Part shown: in pieces, positions 19,969 through 30,974 of the stretch
Position numbering within the stretch: the stretch's first letter is position 1
Layout of the letters: each line of letters begins with the position of its first letter
Assembly (NCBI GenBank): GCA_963665295.1
Contig: OY762209.1
Span: 768,001 to 832,000, forward strand
Length of the DNA: 64,000 nucleotides
Origin: Syntrophorhabdaceae bacterium
Lineage (GTDB): Bacteria; Desulfobacterota; Syntrophorhabdia; Syntrophorhabdales; Syntrophorhabdaceae
Direction of reading: 5' to 3'
Program-made: the position numbers and the translations under genes
The notes under the pieces: model-generated
Seen by the model: only the letters and a program-made list of their open reading frames with translations
What the model was told of the DNA's origin: nothing
Database searches by the model: none

Positions 19969-21348
19969 GTGATATTCTTGAGTAGCCTGCCAGAAAAATA
20001 TGTCGGAAAACAGATCGAAATGGATTGTGTCGACGTTGAAATCCATCGTTTCGAAGACAATCAACCCCCTATCTTCAAAGGACCTGGGATCATCAGAGGC
20101 GATAAGTCTGGTCGGCTATCGTACAAAGTTTATAATCAGATTCAAGTCAATGCAGAGATTCTTGCCTATTTGAAACAAATTGGAGAAAAGAACGATCCAC
20201 GAAAGCCAAACCTTAGACTGTTTGCACAAGGCTATGACGGAATGAAGTGGAATGGAGCTTGGTCAATACCGGTGCTAAACATCTTTCAAGCACCATATAT
20301 GCTGGTTGAGGGGGAGTTTGATCAACTGGGAGCCCGCGTTGAGAAGATACAGGGGGACCGAATCTCAAATTCTACTGAACTGGTTTTCTCAGATCATTTT
20401 GACCTGCCTCTTGCCGGAACGGTTAAGGTGGAAAGCTTCCATGGGGAAGAGGTCCTATCTACGAGCTTTTGGGGAGATCACCATGACGTCGCTTTTGATG
20501 ACTCTCTAATCAGATTTCAAAAAAGTCCGGATAAATCACGGCTTCATGTAACCGCACCTGACGGCGACCGATTTGCCCCGCCATACGTTGAGAACTGGAT
20601 TACGGAAGCTCTAATCTTCGTCACCGCGAGAATGGTTTACCCCAGAATGATCATACGTCACTTCGAGAAGGACGCGCTTGTATTCATAAGAGCAACGCCA
20701 AGAAGCATAGAAAGCGGAATGCTACCGCCCTTTTCGTCTGGACCAGACACCAGAGATTTTTTTTGGAAAGCGTTTTGTTCCTACCTGGGCAAATGCAAGT
20801 CGCTTCAGCAATTCGAGTCTCTCGAAATGACAAAAGGCTTTTCTGAGTTGTGTCTAGCCGGCAAAGGGACGCTGCAGGGCTTCCTTATTTCGCTGTCAAT
20901 CTACATAGAGTTTTGTGTAAATCTCATTTTCTCTTCCTTGGAAGGTAGCGGCTCGCGGGAAGACGATTACAGAAAGAACGTTGAAGACCTTGTTCAACAT
21001 GTCGGTGCGTGGGACCGTGATGACACGATAAGAGAGAGGGCGAAAGGGCTTCTATCAATGCTTTTCACACCCTCGTTGTCAAAGAGAATGGATATTCTTG
21101 TTGGGCAGGGCGTAATAACCGAAATCCAGAAAAGTACTTGGAAGAAGGCTAGGCCATATCTTGCACACGGAAATGTCATTGATTTCAAAAAGGAAGAGGA
21201 ATTCTGGCATATCCGCAACCACCTTATTTCCATGGTTTACAGGCTGATATTCAGGATAATTGGTTACAGAGGGCTTGTGTTAGAGTATGACGGCAGTGAG
21301 TTTGGGCACATCCCGTATGAATGGAATGATCCGCAGGATAATAGGTGA
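19969..21348 (+). CDS. ApeA-like protein with C-terminal HEPN-type motif
   Basis: Beta-rich N-terminus and helical C-terminus with RPYLAH (RxxxxH). Confidence 0.55.
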   Translation: MIFLSSLPEKYVGKQIEMDCVDVEIHRFEDNQPPIFKGPGIIRGDKSGRLSYKVYNQIQVNAEILAYLKQIGEKNDPRKPNLRLFAQGYDGMKWNGAWSIPVLNIFQAPYMLVEGEFDQLGARVEKIQGDRISNSTELVFSDHFDLPLAGTVKVESFHGEEVLSTSFWGDHHDVAFDDSLIRFQKSPDKSRLHVTAPDGDRFAPPYVENWITEALIFVTARMVYPRMIIRHFEKDALVFIRATPRSIESGMLPPFSSGPDTRDFFWKAFCSYLGKCKSLQQFESLEMTKGFSELCLAGKGTLQGFLISLSIYIEFCVNLIFSSLEGSGSREDDYRKNVEDLVQHVGAWDRDDTIRERAKGLLSMLFTPSLSKRMDILVGQGVITEIQKSTWKKARPYLAHGNVIDFKKEEEFWHIRNHLISMVYRLIFRIIGYRGLVLEYDGSEFGHIPYEWNDPQDNR

Positions 21349-21645
21349 GCAATACATCGCTGGTATGCAGAGTTCAATACTATGAAATGCTGGCTAGGCA
21401 CGGCGCGTCTGGAACAAAAAACATTGCGGCGAAACAGAATATAAGGACGGGCATCAGTAACTCCGCTCAGCCGGGTTCGATGGGGTACACTTGGGTGGTT
21501 TGCGCGCTCACGAAGATGTCCTAAACACTAATTGTACCATCCAGCTTGCGGTGCACAAGCGAAACCATAGCAAATATGTCAAGTGCATCTTCCTCTGTTA
21601 TTGGCCATAATATTTTTGGCGCATGTGCGGTACTCGAAGTGATGG

Positions 21646-22668
21646 TCATGTCTCGTTGCTGAGCAATGCCTCAATCTGCTCGGGGCTAGGCAACTGTCCC
21701 TCAAGAGCCTTCGGCAGTCTCTTCACTATGTGGTATTCGCCGACACCAATGGGCTTGTCCGCATATCGGAGGGCATATTCCACAATGATCCGGTCTTTGG
21801 TTTTGCAAAGAATAATGCCGATGGAGGGGTTCTCATCGGGAAGCCGGACCAGATCGTCGAGGGCCGCCAGATAAAACTGCATCTTCCCCGCGTGCTCAGG
21901 CTGAAACTCAACGGTCTTAAGTTCAATGGCTACCAGAGATTTGAGCCTGCGATGGTAGAGGAGAAGGTCTATGAAATATTCCTTGTCACTCACTTGGAGC
22001 CGATACTGACTGCCAAGAAAAGCAAAGGCACCACCCATCTCCCGGAGAAAATGCTCGATCTTTCCAATCAGGCCCCTTTCAAGCTCCCGCTCACTGTGCT
22101 CTTCAGCCAGTTCGAGAAAGTCAAAGGTATATTCGTCTTTCACAGCCAGCTTTGCCTGAGCGCGGATATGCTCAGGCACGGTCTTGTCAAAATTGGTCTG
22201 CCCAAGCAATGTCTTTTCGTAGGACTGATTCTCGATCTGGTGGATCAGGACGGCCTTGGTCCATCCGAATTTCTTTGTCATACGGATGTAGAACTCCCGC
22301 TCAAGATCATCCTTGCAACTGCCCATGATAACGAGGTTTTTGGTCCAGCTGATTTCTCCAACCAGTGGTTGGAGTTTTGGCTTGCCGGAGTATTCGACGA
22401 AGAGTTGTCTCATATACCAGAGATTCTGAGCGGAGAATCCCTGCACTCCAGGAAAATCCTTCTGCAGGTCAGCGGCAAGCCTCGCTACCACCGACTTCCC
22501 CCAACTCTCCGCCTTCTGGCGCTCCACAATCATACGGCCGATATCCCAGTAAAGAGCGATAAGCTCCTTATTGACGGCCCGAAGCGCCTCGTACTGGGCA
22601 GACCGAATCCGTTCCCGGACTTCCCCTAGGAGTGCATTGTATGTGGATGTGGGTTTCACTGCGGGCAT
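21646..22668 (-). CDS. YhcG/DUF1016 PD-(D/E)xK nuclease-family protein
   Basis: LYWDIG, GFSAQNLWYMRQ, KDEYTFDFL, IDLLLYHRRL..LVAIELK, GKMQFYL; start set at MPAVK. Confidence 0.92.
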   Translation of the reverse strand: MPAVKPTSTYNALLGEVRERIRSAQYEALRAVNKELIALYWDIGRMIVERQKAESWGKSVVARLAADLQKDFPGVQGFSAQNLWYMRQLFVEYSGKPKLQPLVGEISWTKNLVIMGSCKDDLEREFYIRMTKKFGWTKAVLIHQIENQSYEKTLLGQTNFDKTVPEHIRAQAKLAVKDEYTFDFLELAEEHSERELERGLIGKIEHFLREMGGAFAFLGSQYRLQVSDKEYFIDLLLYHRRLKSLVAIELKTVEFQPEHAGKMQFYLAALDDLVRLPDENPSIGIILCKTKDRIIVEYALRYADKPIGVGEYHIVKRLPKALEGQLPSPEQIEALLSNET

Positions 22669-22974
22669 ATCTTGTCTCTCAATTCTCCATACTATAGTGG
22701 AATAGTTCTTGCTTTTCAAGTTTTTGATGTGATAACAATGCTTCTCTGAACAGCCTTTGCTGCGTACTTGACAGTGCATTGCTTGAAGATGAGTGACGGA
22801 TATAGGAAGACAACGTTCCTGGTAATATCGCTACAATCGGGGGTACGGCGCTCAATCTGTTTCGAAAGAAACCTTGCTCAAAAGAGGCGGCGCGGGAAAG
22901 AGACGTGAGGCCCGGTGTGATACTGACTACCTCGAACAGGCATTCATGGGGTAAATGCACTTGCCTGCTTCGCT

Positions 22975-23190
22975 TCACCCCCCTCCGAATAATGCACAGC
23001 CTTGCAGTTTGAATCTTTCGACTAACTCCTTCAGGTCCTTTTCTGTCATCTCGAAATACCCTGCCATACACGTCAGACACATCATCCGTTCAATCTGCCG
23101 ATGGATGAGTTTCTTGTTAAGTGCAATTTCATTGTGGGAAAGTATCTCTTTGTCGCAGTAAGCGCAACCGACTTGTTTCCCCCCACTCAT
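22975..23190 (-). CDS. Small Cys-rich protein at end of BREX operon
   Basis: CAYC...CLTC...GCALF; ATGA overlap with the brxL stop. Confidence 0.75.
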   Translation of the reverse strand: MSGGKQVGCAYCDKEILSHNEIALNKKLIHRQIERMMCLTCMAGYFEMTEKDLKELVERFKLQGCALFGGG

Positions 23191-24644
23191 TGGTCTGCCT
23201 CGCGTAACGTGTAAGCAGCTACGTTCTTCCCTCCGTATTCGAGCGGGTCTATCATCTGCAACTGCTGCCGGATCACTGTACGCATCTGCACGGCGGGACG
23301 CAAACAGTATCGTTTAAACTCCCCTCTGTCTATTCTGTCGGGTTCCGTGACGTGAGGAAAAAGCAATTTTAGGTAAGCCGTGCATAATCGCAAAACTGCT
23401 TCCGTATCACGAGTGTCCGCCGCAGCGGGATAGTCCACCAGCTTTTCAACGACATGCCGGTAGATCAGTGTTTCCGAAGGCTGGCGAAGCAGATGTATGA
23501 TTTCAGAAAAATACTCCGTGTTCAGCGCCCAACCGTTGATTTTTAGGTTCTCACTCATGCGCGGGATGTCGCGCCCCTTGATAAAACCGTGGAACCGGTC
23601 CAATAATGCCGACTCGTGAAACACGACCGGCAACCTCTGGAACATGTCTCTGGTTTCATCCATCTCCGTTTGTGGGATGTTTCCGAGCAGAATGACACCG
23701 GCCCCGCCAATGATACGATTCTTGCCGACCGTAATCTCCCCACTTTCCATGTAGGCTTTTAGCCCTCCTTGCATCTCGCTCGGGTCGTGGAAGTTGATCG
23801 ACTGGATTTCATCCAGCGCTACGAAGTCGTTTGAGGCGATCAGGCCAGGACTCTTCCCATTGATATCGCCGAACATCTTCGCCCGCGTGAGCGTCCCTCC
23901 GCTGACCAGCCAGCCGTATTTCCCTATCCGCCCGAACAGATACGACTTGCCCGTTCCTTTGGGTGCCAGTTCCACCAGATTTAGTCGTGGTTCGATGAAT
24001 GGCAGCAAGCGCGTCAACACCGTGTGTTTCTGTACCCAGTCTTCGTATCCCTCAGGGCTGTAATCAATCGCACCTAAGACAACGTCGATCCACTCCTCAG
24101 CATTAAACTGACTGCGAGCCTCTCTGTAAGCGTCGAGATCAATGGTGTACGGACAGAAATTCTTATACTCTAAGAGTGTGAAACATCCCCGCGGAGTTTC
24201 GCCGTCAGGGCTTCGGTACCCCAGTTGTACCAGCCCCCAGCCCCCAGCCGTTCTTACAACATCATCTTTAATCCGGTTCCAGACATAATCCTCAATCAGC
24301 GTTTCAGCATGTCCAAGCCCCAATTCCGGAATCGCAAACGTAAACTCGTCGGTCCGTACGCTGAATTGAATTTCAATTTTGGCCAGGAACTTCTTCGTGC
24401 GTCCCTCGCTTCGCGCTGCGTCCTTCAATCCCAGCAAATTCTCCCGGCGCGGGATGATTTCGTAAATGTATTTTCGCAAAGCTTCGGCATCATGGATTCT
24501 CCCGTCAGACTCCGCCTTGCGTTTCAGAATCCAATCCCGCAAAAACGATGGAATCGATGCCGCTTTGAAGATTGCCACGATGTTCGGATCTTTGAAAACT
24601 GTCGTGTCCGGGAATACCGCCCGCAATTTAATAGTATCGACCAT
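23187..24644 (-). CDS. brxL: BREX BrxL (MCM-like AAA+), lacking Lon protease domain
   Basis: LTRLLPF, ELAPKGTGKS, VALDEIQ, SALLDRFHG, RDTEAV; only 485 aa. Confidence 0.9.
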   Translation of the reverse strand: MVDTIKLRAVFPDTTVFKDPNIVAIFKAASIPSFLRDWILKRKAESDGRIHDAEALRKYIYEIIPRRENLLGLKDAARSEGRTKKFLAKIEIQFSVRTDEFTFAIPELGLGHAETLIEDYVWNRIKDDVVRTAGGWGLVQLGYRSPDGETPRGCFTLLEYKNFCPYTIDLDAYREARSQFNAEEWIDVVLGAIDYSPEGYEDWVQKHTVLTRLLPFIEPRLNLVELAPKGTGKSYLFGRIGKYGWLVSGGTLTRAKMFGDINGKSPGLIASNDFVALDEIQSINFHDPSEMQGGLKAYMESGEITVGKNRIIGGAGVILLGNIPQTEMDETRDMFQRLPVVFHESALLDRFHGFIKGRDIPRMSENLKINGWALNTEYFSEIIHLLRQPSETLIYRHVVEKLVDYPAAADTRDTEAVLRLCTAYLKLLFPHVTEPDRIDRGEFKRYCLRPAVQMRTVIRQQLQMIDPLEYGGKNVAAYTLREADQ

Positions 24645-24665
24645 GGTTAATTGCCCTCGATGAAA

Positions 24666-26795
24666 CTACAGATCAAAATCATCATTCTCAACAATTTGCA
24701 CACGTTTGTCAACTGTCTTCGCCTTTGGTACGAACTGCCCTGTCATCGAGAAAACCACAACAGGCACCAGTCGTTCCTCAAGAGTCGCTCCGCCGTGTAG
24801 CTCAAAGCTCTGCCCTCCACCCTTCTTGGGCAACCGGTTATACCCACGCACGGCCCAATGCCCGCCGTCCAACGTTTCCTCCAGCTCCAGTGGGCATCCG
24901 CTTTGCGTCGTCCGCTCACGGTAGCGCCAATCGGCAACCACCGCACCAGTCTCACACGCAAGTGTCTGCGCCAGCCTCGGTTCTGCCTGCCACGCCAACA
25001 CCGCTAGTCGCGAACTGCCGTGGTCTGCCGTGACAAGTACTCGATCAAACCGCGCCAGCCCCTCAGCCACACGCGGCAACACCTCGCCACCAATCACATC
25101 CAGTTCTGCAGCCAGATTTTCCTCCGGGGACCTCGTCTCGTGCGCCTCCGCACCACGGTGCGCAATATTGTCGAAGCGCTTGATATCCGGCAACCGCCGC
25201 GCAGCATCCGGCCAGAAGATGTTGTTGAACTCTGTCGATGTCGGCAAATGGGCCTGGGCGACCTCAGCCAAATCCACGCCAATACCCCGTTTTTGCGCCA
25301 GCGCCACCAACATCGGCAGCCACTCCGCACCCATCCCGTCCACCACCAGCAACGCGCACCCATTGTCGGAAGCATATCGTTGCACCACCGTGGCCCGCGA
25401 CTGCATGGAACCCGGTGGAACCTCGCGCTGGGACCTCTCGTAAAACTCTGGCGTCACGCGGCCAGCCACCTTCAGTTCACGATATACTTTGAAATACTCT
25501 TCCAGTGTCTTGTCGCCAAAAAAGAGATCCTCGTTCATATACATAGCTGCTTCTGGATACACGACTTTTACAACGTTTGACACAATACCGTCCACGGCGC
25601 AACGCCTAAGTAGTTCCGCCCGCTCCGCGTCTGTTTCGCAATTCAACCATGGCGCAACTCGCGACGTGGATTCGCAAATGCAACGAGCGATGAACTGCCG
25701 GATGTCCGCGTCCGACATTCTAACGTCCGCTTCCAGTATAGCATCTCTGCGTTCGTCAGCATAGACTACTGATTGATCCAGCCATTCCGCTGCACCCATT
25801 ACGTATGCGGAGCGGAAATTACCGGCAAGGACGCCTTCTTGCCTTGCAACACGTTCAAGGTAACTTCCCTTGGGGGCGATATTTTTGACTAGCCACAGTG
25901 TCGCCTCACGTTCTGCGCCTTTGCGCTCATCAACCACACGCAAGACACGCTTAGCGACTCCACCTTCCGGAAAAAACATCGTCTTGAGAGTTTCGGGCAG
26001 TGTTTTCCCCGCTCCTTCTTTGCCCCGCTCGCAAATCCATCGCAAAGCTTCTTCGGACAATCCCGCATCTTCCGCGTCGTAGAACACGCGAACGAAATCC
26101 CGCAGACACACGACCTGCAGCACCTCGGCGTTGAGCCCAGCCAATTCCCGACCTTCTGAGGTTACAACAATCCGCCTTACAGAGCTGTCGTTCGGATGTT
26201 CCTCGGTATATCGCAAATACTTCTGAAACGTATCACACTCTTCCGGGATGAAAGATGCTAAATCGTTGCCGACCAACATAACCTCCGTACGCCCCGGGTT
26301 TCTTTCCGCCTCTTTGGAAGCACCCCTTGACACGATTTGGTCGGTGACAATTTCAATTAGTTGCTTCCCCTGGCGATAGCGCGGATTGGCGAAAACATCC
26401 CTGAGTATCAATCCCGTCGCGTCATCGCTCTGCAACAAGCAGACCGCCTCCCGCCCAGACGCACCGTCCACCCGTTCGCGCAAAGCGACAATCGCAGCCC
26501 GTCTATTCTCGTTCGTTAACAACGCAAGATAACCAGGCATCCCCAGCAATACCAAAGCCTTACCGGTTGTGCGCTGTGCCGACATCTCATTGTACACTCT
26601 CCCGAAGACTTCATCGGGCATTGGAAGCCACGCTCCCTCCCTCACCAGATCACTCAAGCGTAACTCAACGTCGCCGCGTTCTCGGTAAAATCGACGCAAT
26701 GCCGTCCAGCTTTCTCCCGAAGGCACGATCACCACCCGCGCCTTCGGCTCCGCAAGGGGATTCCTGATGTATTCGCAATACTCGCTCAACGTCAT
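24666..26795 (-). CDS. pglZ: BREX-4 phosphatase PglZ
   Basis: VVDGMGAEW, LPTST, D..AH, TADHG, HGGATLEE.LVP alkaline-phosphatase-superfamily motifs. Confidence 0.9.
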   Translation of the reverse strand: MTLSEYCEYIRNPLAEPKARVVIVPSGESWTALRRFYRERGDVELRLSDLVREGAWLPMPDEVFGRVYNEMSAQRTTGKALVLLGMPGYLALLTNENRRAAIVALRERVDGASGREAVCLLQSDDATGLILRDVFANPRYRQGKQLIEIVTDQIVSRGASKEAERNPGRTEVMLVGNDLASFIPEECDTFQKYLRYTEEHPNDSSVRRIVVTSEGRELAGLNAEVLQVVCLRDFVRVFYDAEDAGLSEEALRWICERGKEGAGKTLPETLKTMFFPEGGVAKRVLRVVDERKGAEREATLWLVKNIAPKGSYLERVARQEGVLAGNFRSAYVMGAAEWLDQSVVYADERRDAILEADVRMSDADIRQFIARCICESTSRVAPWLNCETDAERAELLRRCAVDGIVSNVVKVVYPEAAMYMNEDLFFGDKTLEEYFKVYRELKVAGRVTPEFYERSQREVPPGSMQSRATVVQRYASDNGCALLVVDGMGAEWLPMLVALAQKRGIGVDLAEVAQAHLPTSTEFNNIFWPDAARRLPDIKRFDNIAHRGAEAHETRSPEENLAAELDVIGGEVLPRVAEGLARFDRVLVTADHGSSRLAVLAWQAEPRLAQTLACETGAVVADWRYRERTTQSGCPLELEETLDGGHWAVRGYNRLPKKGGGQSFELHGGATLEERLVPVVVFSMTGQFVPKAKTVDKRVQIVENDDFDL

Positions 26796-26799
26796 GGTA

Positions 26800-29700
26800 T
26801 CACTCCAGCACCGAAAGCCCTACATCTGGAATTTGATCAATCAGCTTCAGGAGTAGTGCCTTCGCCTCGACATCTGAAAGCATATTCACCTTTTCCGCAG
26901 CCTGTCTCCGCGCATGAGTGTCGTAACTCTGCTTGACGAACGCCTCGACTTCTTCGCGAATTCCTCCGTCCGTCAGCCATCTGCTCGGTGCATCACCCAA
27001 TTTCTTATACAACCAACCGCTCAGATCTCCGACACTGAACCCGATCTTTTGATAGCGCGCGGGTAGCACCCGTATGAGGAATTTTTCACCCGCCGTGGTC
27101 ACATCCACAAATGCACTTTCTTTCCCAAGTTCGTGCAGCACGGACCGCAAACGTTCCGCCGACACCCCTCCCGGATTTGAAACCGCATCAACGATGCCCT
27201 TGGCATCATCTAGCGCCAGAACGCATTCTACAGGCAGCGCATGTCGGCGGCTCCATTCGTCAGGCGATTCCGTGTCTGTCCGTTCGCGCCACAGGGCCGC
27301 CACCTGCTTGGAAATCAGCGTCAGGCTGTATTCCTCTATCTTGCCACGTCCTCGCACTTTAAAACTCTGTTCATCTGCCCTTGCCGAATCCGGCGGGAAG
27401 GCATTATAAAGCTCGCGGCTTTCCGCGACCGCCATCGGCCAGATCTCTCCGAAGATTTCTCGCATCGCCTCCAGTTGCCGCCCTTGCGCCGCGTCGAAGA
27501 ACACCTCGCGGATAACCACATCTTGCTGCTCCAGAATCTCTCCAAAGGCTTTCACATCATCGCCGAACAACGACGGCCTGCTGAGCAATTCAAAGAAGCG
27601 GTGCAACGACGGGTGTTTCTTCGCCCAGAACTCTGTCGGCACCTTGTTCTCACCCAGCACCGCGTTGTGCAAGCGGTTTAGCGCGTCCTCGAAGCTCATG
27701 TATCCCGAGGAGCCAGCCAGCTCGCGGATATGCTCAGCGCACACCGTCTGCCGGTAAACCTCTTCCAGTACGGATTCGGTATCGCCGCGTTTCCACAGCC
27801 AGCCGCTCGTCGTCGCAAAACGTTTCTTGACTATGCTGCAATAGGTGCGTGATGAATCGCCCATACGTTCCGCGGCCGTTTTCAACTCCGGCTTGGCTTT
27901 ATCGACGTATCGCTGAAATGCCTCGTCAAACACTACTGGAGTCATATACTTGGCCATCGCCTCCGCCAACCCCGACGTTGTCAGAAGAATCTCGCCGATC
28001 TCCTTCACCTTATTGCCTCGAGCCTCGGTGTCTCCTTTAGAGCTGATGCTGTTTGCAGCGCACAGCGCATCGATGACCTTCCCCATCGCCTCTGCGCTCG
28101 GCTCGGCTTGTGAGCGGATATACTCCGGCAGGACCCACAGCGGAACGCGATCTGAAACCTGTTCCAGTCGTGTCCCGATTGTGTTCAACGCCGCCTCTAC
28201 CGTTCCGTCCGCAAGCGGAGTACTCCCGAAAATCTTGCTGCTCTGTTCGATGAACTCCTTTTCCTCCTTGGACAGGCGACAGATCATTTTCTCGTTCCTA
28301 ATAGCATTGGCGCCGTCGTCTTTTACCGCTGCCTCTATGATTTCCGCCAGCGCTGCTGCGTCCAGAGCTTTGCTCGTCACACCGTCCGTCCATTGCAGTT
28401 TGCGCTGTCCGGTCAACCATGTTTTTAATACAAAACCCAGCACGAAGGCTGAATGCGGCACCCCCAGCAGTCCAAATGGCGGTCGCTGCAGGTCTATGTA
28501 CAGTCTGCGTATGGAACAATTGTTTCCTGCGCCCACCGTGTTGTCCTGCCATGCCTTGCACTTATCCCGCAACCGCGTCAGCGGATGGTTTGGATTTGCA
28601 TCGAACCATGCGTACTCGCCGGTGACGCCTTTCCTCTGCCATGTCGCCACAACAGTCTTCCACGCACCGGGCTTGGTGAATCCGTCGAAGCCCATGCCCG
28701 CCTGTGCCCAGTTCTGCAAGGCAATCGGCGCCGCGAAGGCGCTGATGTTGAATCCGCATAAGTCGTCCGTGTACGCCGCGAAAGCCTGTTTGGCAAAGCC
28801 GGTAAGCCAGTCTTTTTTCAGTTGGCTCCACGCCACTTCTTCAATGAACGGCTCCCCGGTCGCGTTAGGTTTATAGACCGTGAGTTTTGCTGCGCCCGTC
28901 ACTTTGGATAGCCAGGTAGCCTTGGCATTGTTGATTTGTGTTTCAAAAACCTTCTTGCTCGCGCTGTCGGTTGCCAATGCAAGACGGGCGCTGTTTTCCG
29001 TGAACTCCTCCCACGCCTTTGCGTTGGCTCGGCAGAAGTTGACCTCCGGCAGTGTCACGAAGAGCATGCGGTGGTCTTTGAACTGTCTCGCCAACTCCTT
29101 TGCCTTGTCGGGAATACGCAACTGTTCCTGCTCGTCCCGCGCCAGAATGAACTGCACGAGGACTCGATTCCCGTTGTTGCTAAAAGACTCACGTTTTGTG
29201 ATGCTTGAAGCCGAAAGACCGCTGACGCTCGAGGCGCGCACATCAAAGCGCCCGCCGTAATTCACGCTTTTTAGCTGTTTAACAAGCTCCGTCTCAGTGT
29301 CTTTCAGTACGAGGTCGCCGAACTTGCCATCCAACGCCGCTTTCTTCTCCTCGATCTCTTTTGTGTCCGAGCGGTCATGGAAACGTTCGCAACGCTCGTT
29401 CACAATCGCGAAACAATGCTTCTGCTCCAGATTGTGCAGGATCTCATGCACGCCCTGCAAAGCCCCATCGCCCTCGAAACTGCGTTGGATATTTTCCACC
29501 GTCGCGCTTAGCAGCGGATGACCATCCCCCTGCATCTGTTCGATCAAACCAAACAGCAATACCGCTTTGAATACGCGCCGTTCGTCAGGCTGCAGCTCCC
29601 GTTCGCGACGAGCGTATTCCGCCCGTGCTTCCTGCACGGATTGCTCCGGCCCCAGATCGTCCCGTTCCACAAAATACCGCCACAAATGATCCACAGTCAG

Positions 29701-30954
29701 GAACTGACGACCAAAAACATCCAGCCCGCCTTTCTCAATGAACTCTCTGAACTCCTCGCTGTTCAGAAAGTCGAACATGCTTCGCTGGTTTGACCCGATC
29801 GCTACCGATAGGTGCTTCAGCAGGAACGCTGCCATTGGATGCAGTGGCAGGATACGCTCGAAATCCACAGCATCAATACCCGCTTTGTTGACGACCATAT
29901 AGTTTCCAACTACACGGTTTACACTGTGCCATAGCACGGAGCGTTCTTGCATCCATTCCGTTGCCTTTTCCGGTTTGCCAACGAAGGCGTTTGCCGCCAG
30001 TTTCAATGCGGTTTCGTTCGGCAGGTCAAGACGCTTGAACGTGAACCGGTCGTTTGCCTTCTTCGCGCTCTCGGAGCCCGCCGCTACATACGACGAAATA
30101 TTTGTGTGCGTCACCGGAACGAAATAAAACCGTCCCTGCTGTGCTGCCTCCGCCAACTGCTCCAGCGTTTTTAGTTCTGAGCGGTTGCGATCCATGAACG
30201 CTGAGAACTCGTCCCAGATATAGACCAGTTTCGAAAGCCCATTCGCTTTCAACGATGCATCCACCCACTCCAGGAACTCTTCAGCGCTTAAACCCAGATA
30301 GATGTGCCGCGCTTCCAGTACTCGCATTGCATCGCTGACCAGCCCCGCCTCCCGAGTCGTATCCCGCAGTTTCTTCTCCAGCACATCCGCTGTTTTAATG
30401 CCTGAGTTCAGGTGGGAGAGCTGCGCCTGCATTGCGTCACGCGCTGTGAAGAAGTGTGGTTCATCCTGCTGGATACGCTCAATGACTTCGTCCAACTTGC
30501 CTTTCAACGGAATCGTGTGCCCGCCCGTCTTCAGCGCCTTCGTGATACCACGTTGCAAGCGCATCAGAAATTGGTTTTTCGCGTCCACACCGTCTGCGTT
30601 CACGTCATAAACGACGAGCACACTTGCTTCGCGTTGCGCCAGAAAGGCCTTCCGCACGGGGTCCGGTATCTGCGCATTGCTTAAATCGAGCCATTTCAGG
30701 ACGCGCATCTCATCGTCCATGAACAGTTTTTGCAAAACCAGCGAGGCGTAGCTTTTGCCCGTGCCATACGCGCCCGTGATCCAGAGTGTCTTTTTCCCGC
30801 CATTCAGGCTCCGAAGTAACTCCCGCAAAATCTCCACAAACGAGTTGTGCGGGTAGAATCCCAGCCATGTCTCCAGCGTCTTGTTTATGGCCGCCAGGTC
30901 CATGCACGGTGAGTAATCCGGTCTGATCCCGAAATAGTCTTTATAGTATGCCAT
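26800..30954 (-). CDS. brxC: BREX BrxC/PglY-like P-loop ATPase
   Basis: Walker A GAYGTGKS, Walker B YIWDEF, PLHP, NQRSMFDF; size and operon position. Confidence 0.8.
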   Translation of the reverse strand: MAYYKDYFGIRPDYSPCMDLAAINKTLETWLGFYPHNSFVEILRELLRSLNGGKKTLWITGAYGTGKSYASLVLQKLFMDDEMRVLKWLDLSNAQIPDPVRKAFLAQREASVLVVYDVNADGVDAKNQFLMRLQRGITKALKTGGHTIPLKGKLDEVIERIQQDEPHFFTARDAMQAQLSHLNSGIKTADVLEKKLRDTTREAGLVSDAMRVLEARHIYLGLSAEEFLEWVDASLKANGLSKLVYIWDEFSAFMDRNRSELKTLEQLAEAAQQGRFYFVPVTHTNISSYVAAGSESAKKANDRFTFKRLDLPNETALKLAANAFVGKPEKATEWMQERSVLWHSVNRVVGNYMVVNKAGIDAVDFERILPLHPMAAFLLKHLSVAIGSNQRSMFDFLNSEEFREFIEKGGLDVFGRQFLTVDHLWRYFVERDDLGPEQSVQEARAEYARRERELQPDERRVFKAVLLFGLIEQMQGDGHPLLSATVENIQRSFEGDGALQGVHEILHNLEQKHCFAIVNERCERFHDRSDTKEIEEKKAALDGKFGDLVLKDTETELVKQLKSVNYGGRFDVRASSVSGLSASSITKRESFSNNGNRVLVQFILARDEQEQLRIPDKAKELARQFKDHRMLFVTLPEVNFCRANAKAWEEFTENSARLALATDSASKKVFETQINNAKATWLSKVTGAAKLTVYKPNATGEPFIEEVAWSQLKKDWLTGFAKQAFAAYTDDLCGFNISAFAAPIALQNWAQAGMGFDGFTKPGAWKTVVATWQRKGVTGEYAWFDANPNHPLTRLRDKCKAWQDNTVGAGNNCSIRRLYIDLQRPPFGLLGVPHSAFVLGFVLKTWLTGQRKLQWTDGVTSKALDAAALAEIIEAAVKDDGANAIRNEKMICRLSKEEKEFIEQSSKIFGSTPLADGTVEAALNTIGTRLEQVSDRVPLWVLPEYIRSQAEPSAEAMGKVIDALCAANSISSKGDTEARGNKVKEIGEILLTTSGLAEAMAKYMTPVVFDEAFQRYVDKAKPELKTAAERMGDSSRTYCSIVKKRFATTSGWLWKRGDTESVLEEVYRQTVCAEHIRELAGSSGYMSFEDALNRLHNAVLGENKVPTEFWAKKHPSLHRFFELLSRPSLFGDDVKAFGEILEQQDVVIREVFFDAAQGRQLEAMREIFGEIWPMAVAESRELYNAFPPDSARADEQSFKVRGRGKIEEYSLTLISKQVAALWRERTDTESPDEWSRRHALPVECVLALDDAKGIVDAVSNPGGVSAERLRSVLHELGKESAFVDVTTAGEKFLIRVLPARYQKIGFSVGDLSGWLYKKLGDAPSRWLTDGGIREEVEAFVKQSYDTHARRQAAEKVNMLSDVEAKALLLKLIDQIPDVGLSVLE

Positions 30955-30974
30955 GTCTTCGATCTCCCTGTTGG

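Noticed and set aside
7051..28876. Long antisense ORFs (e.g. 7051..8046, 21730..22629, 27950..28876)
   Set aside because: Shadows of well-supported genes on the opposite strand.
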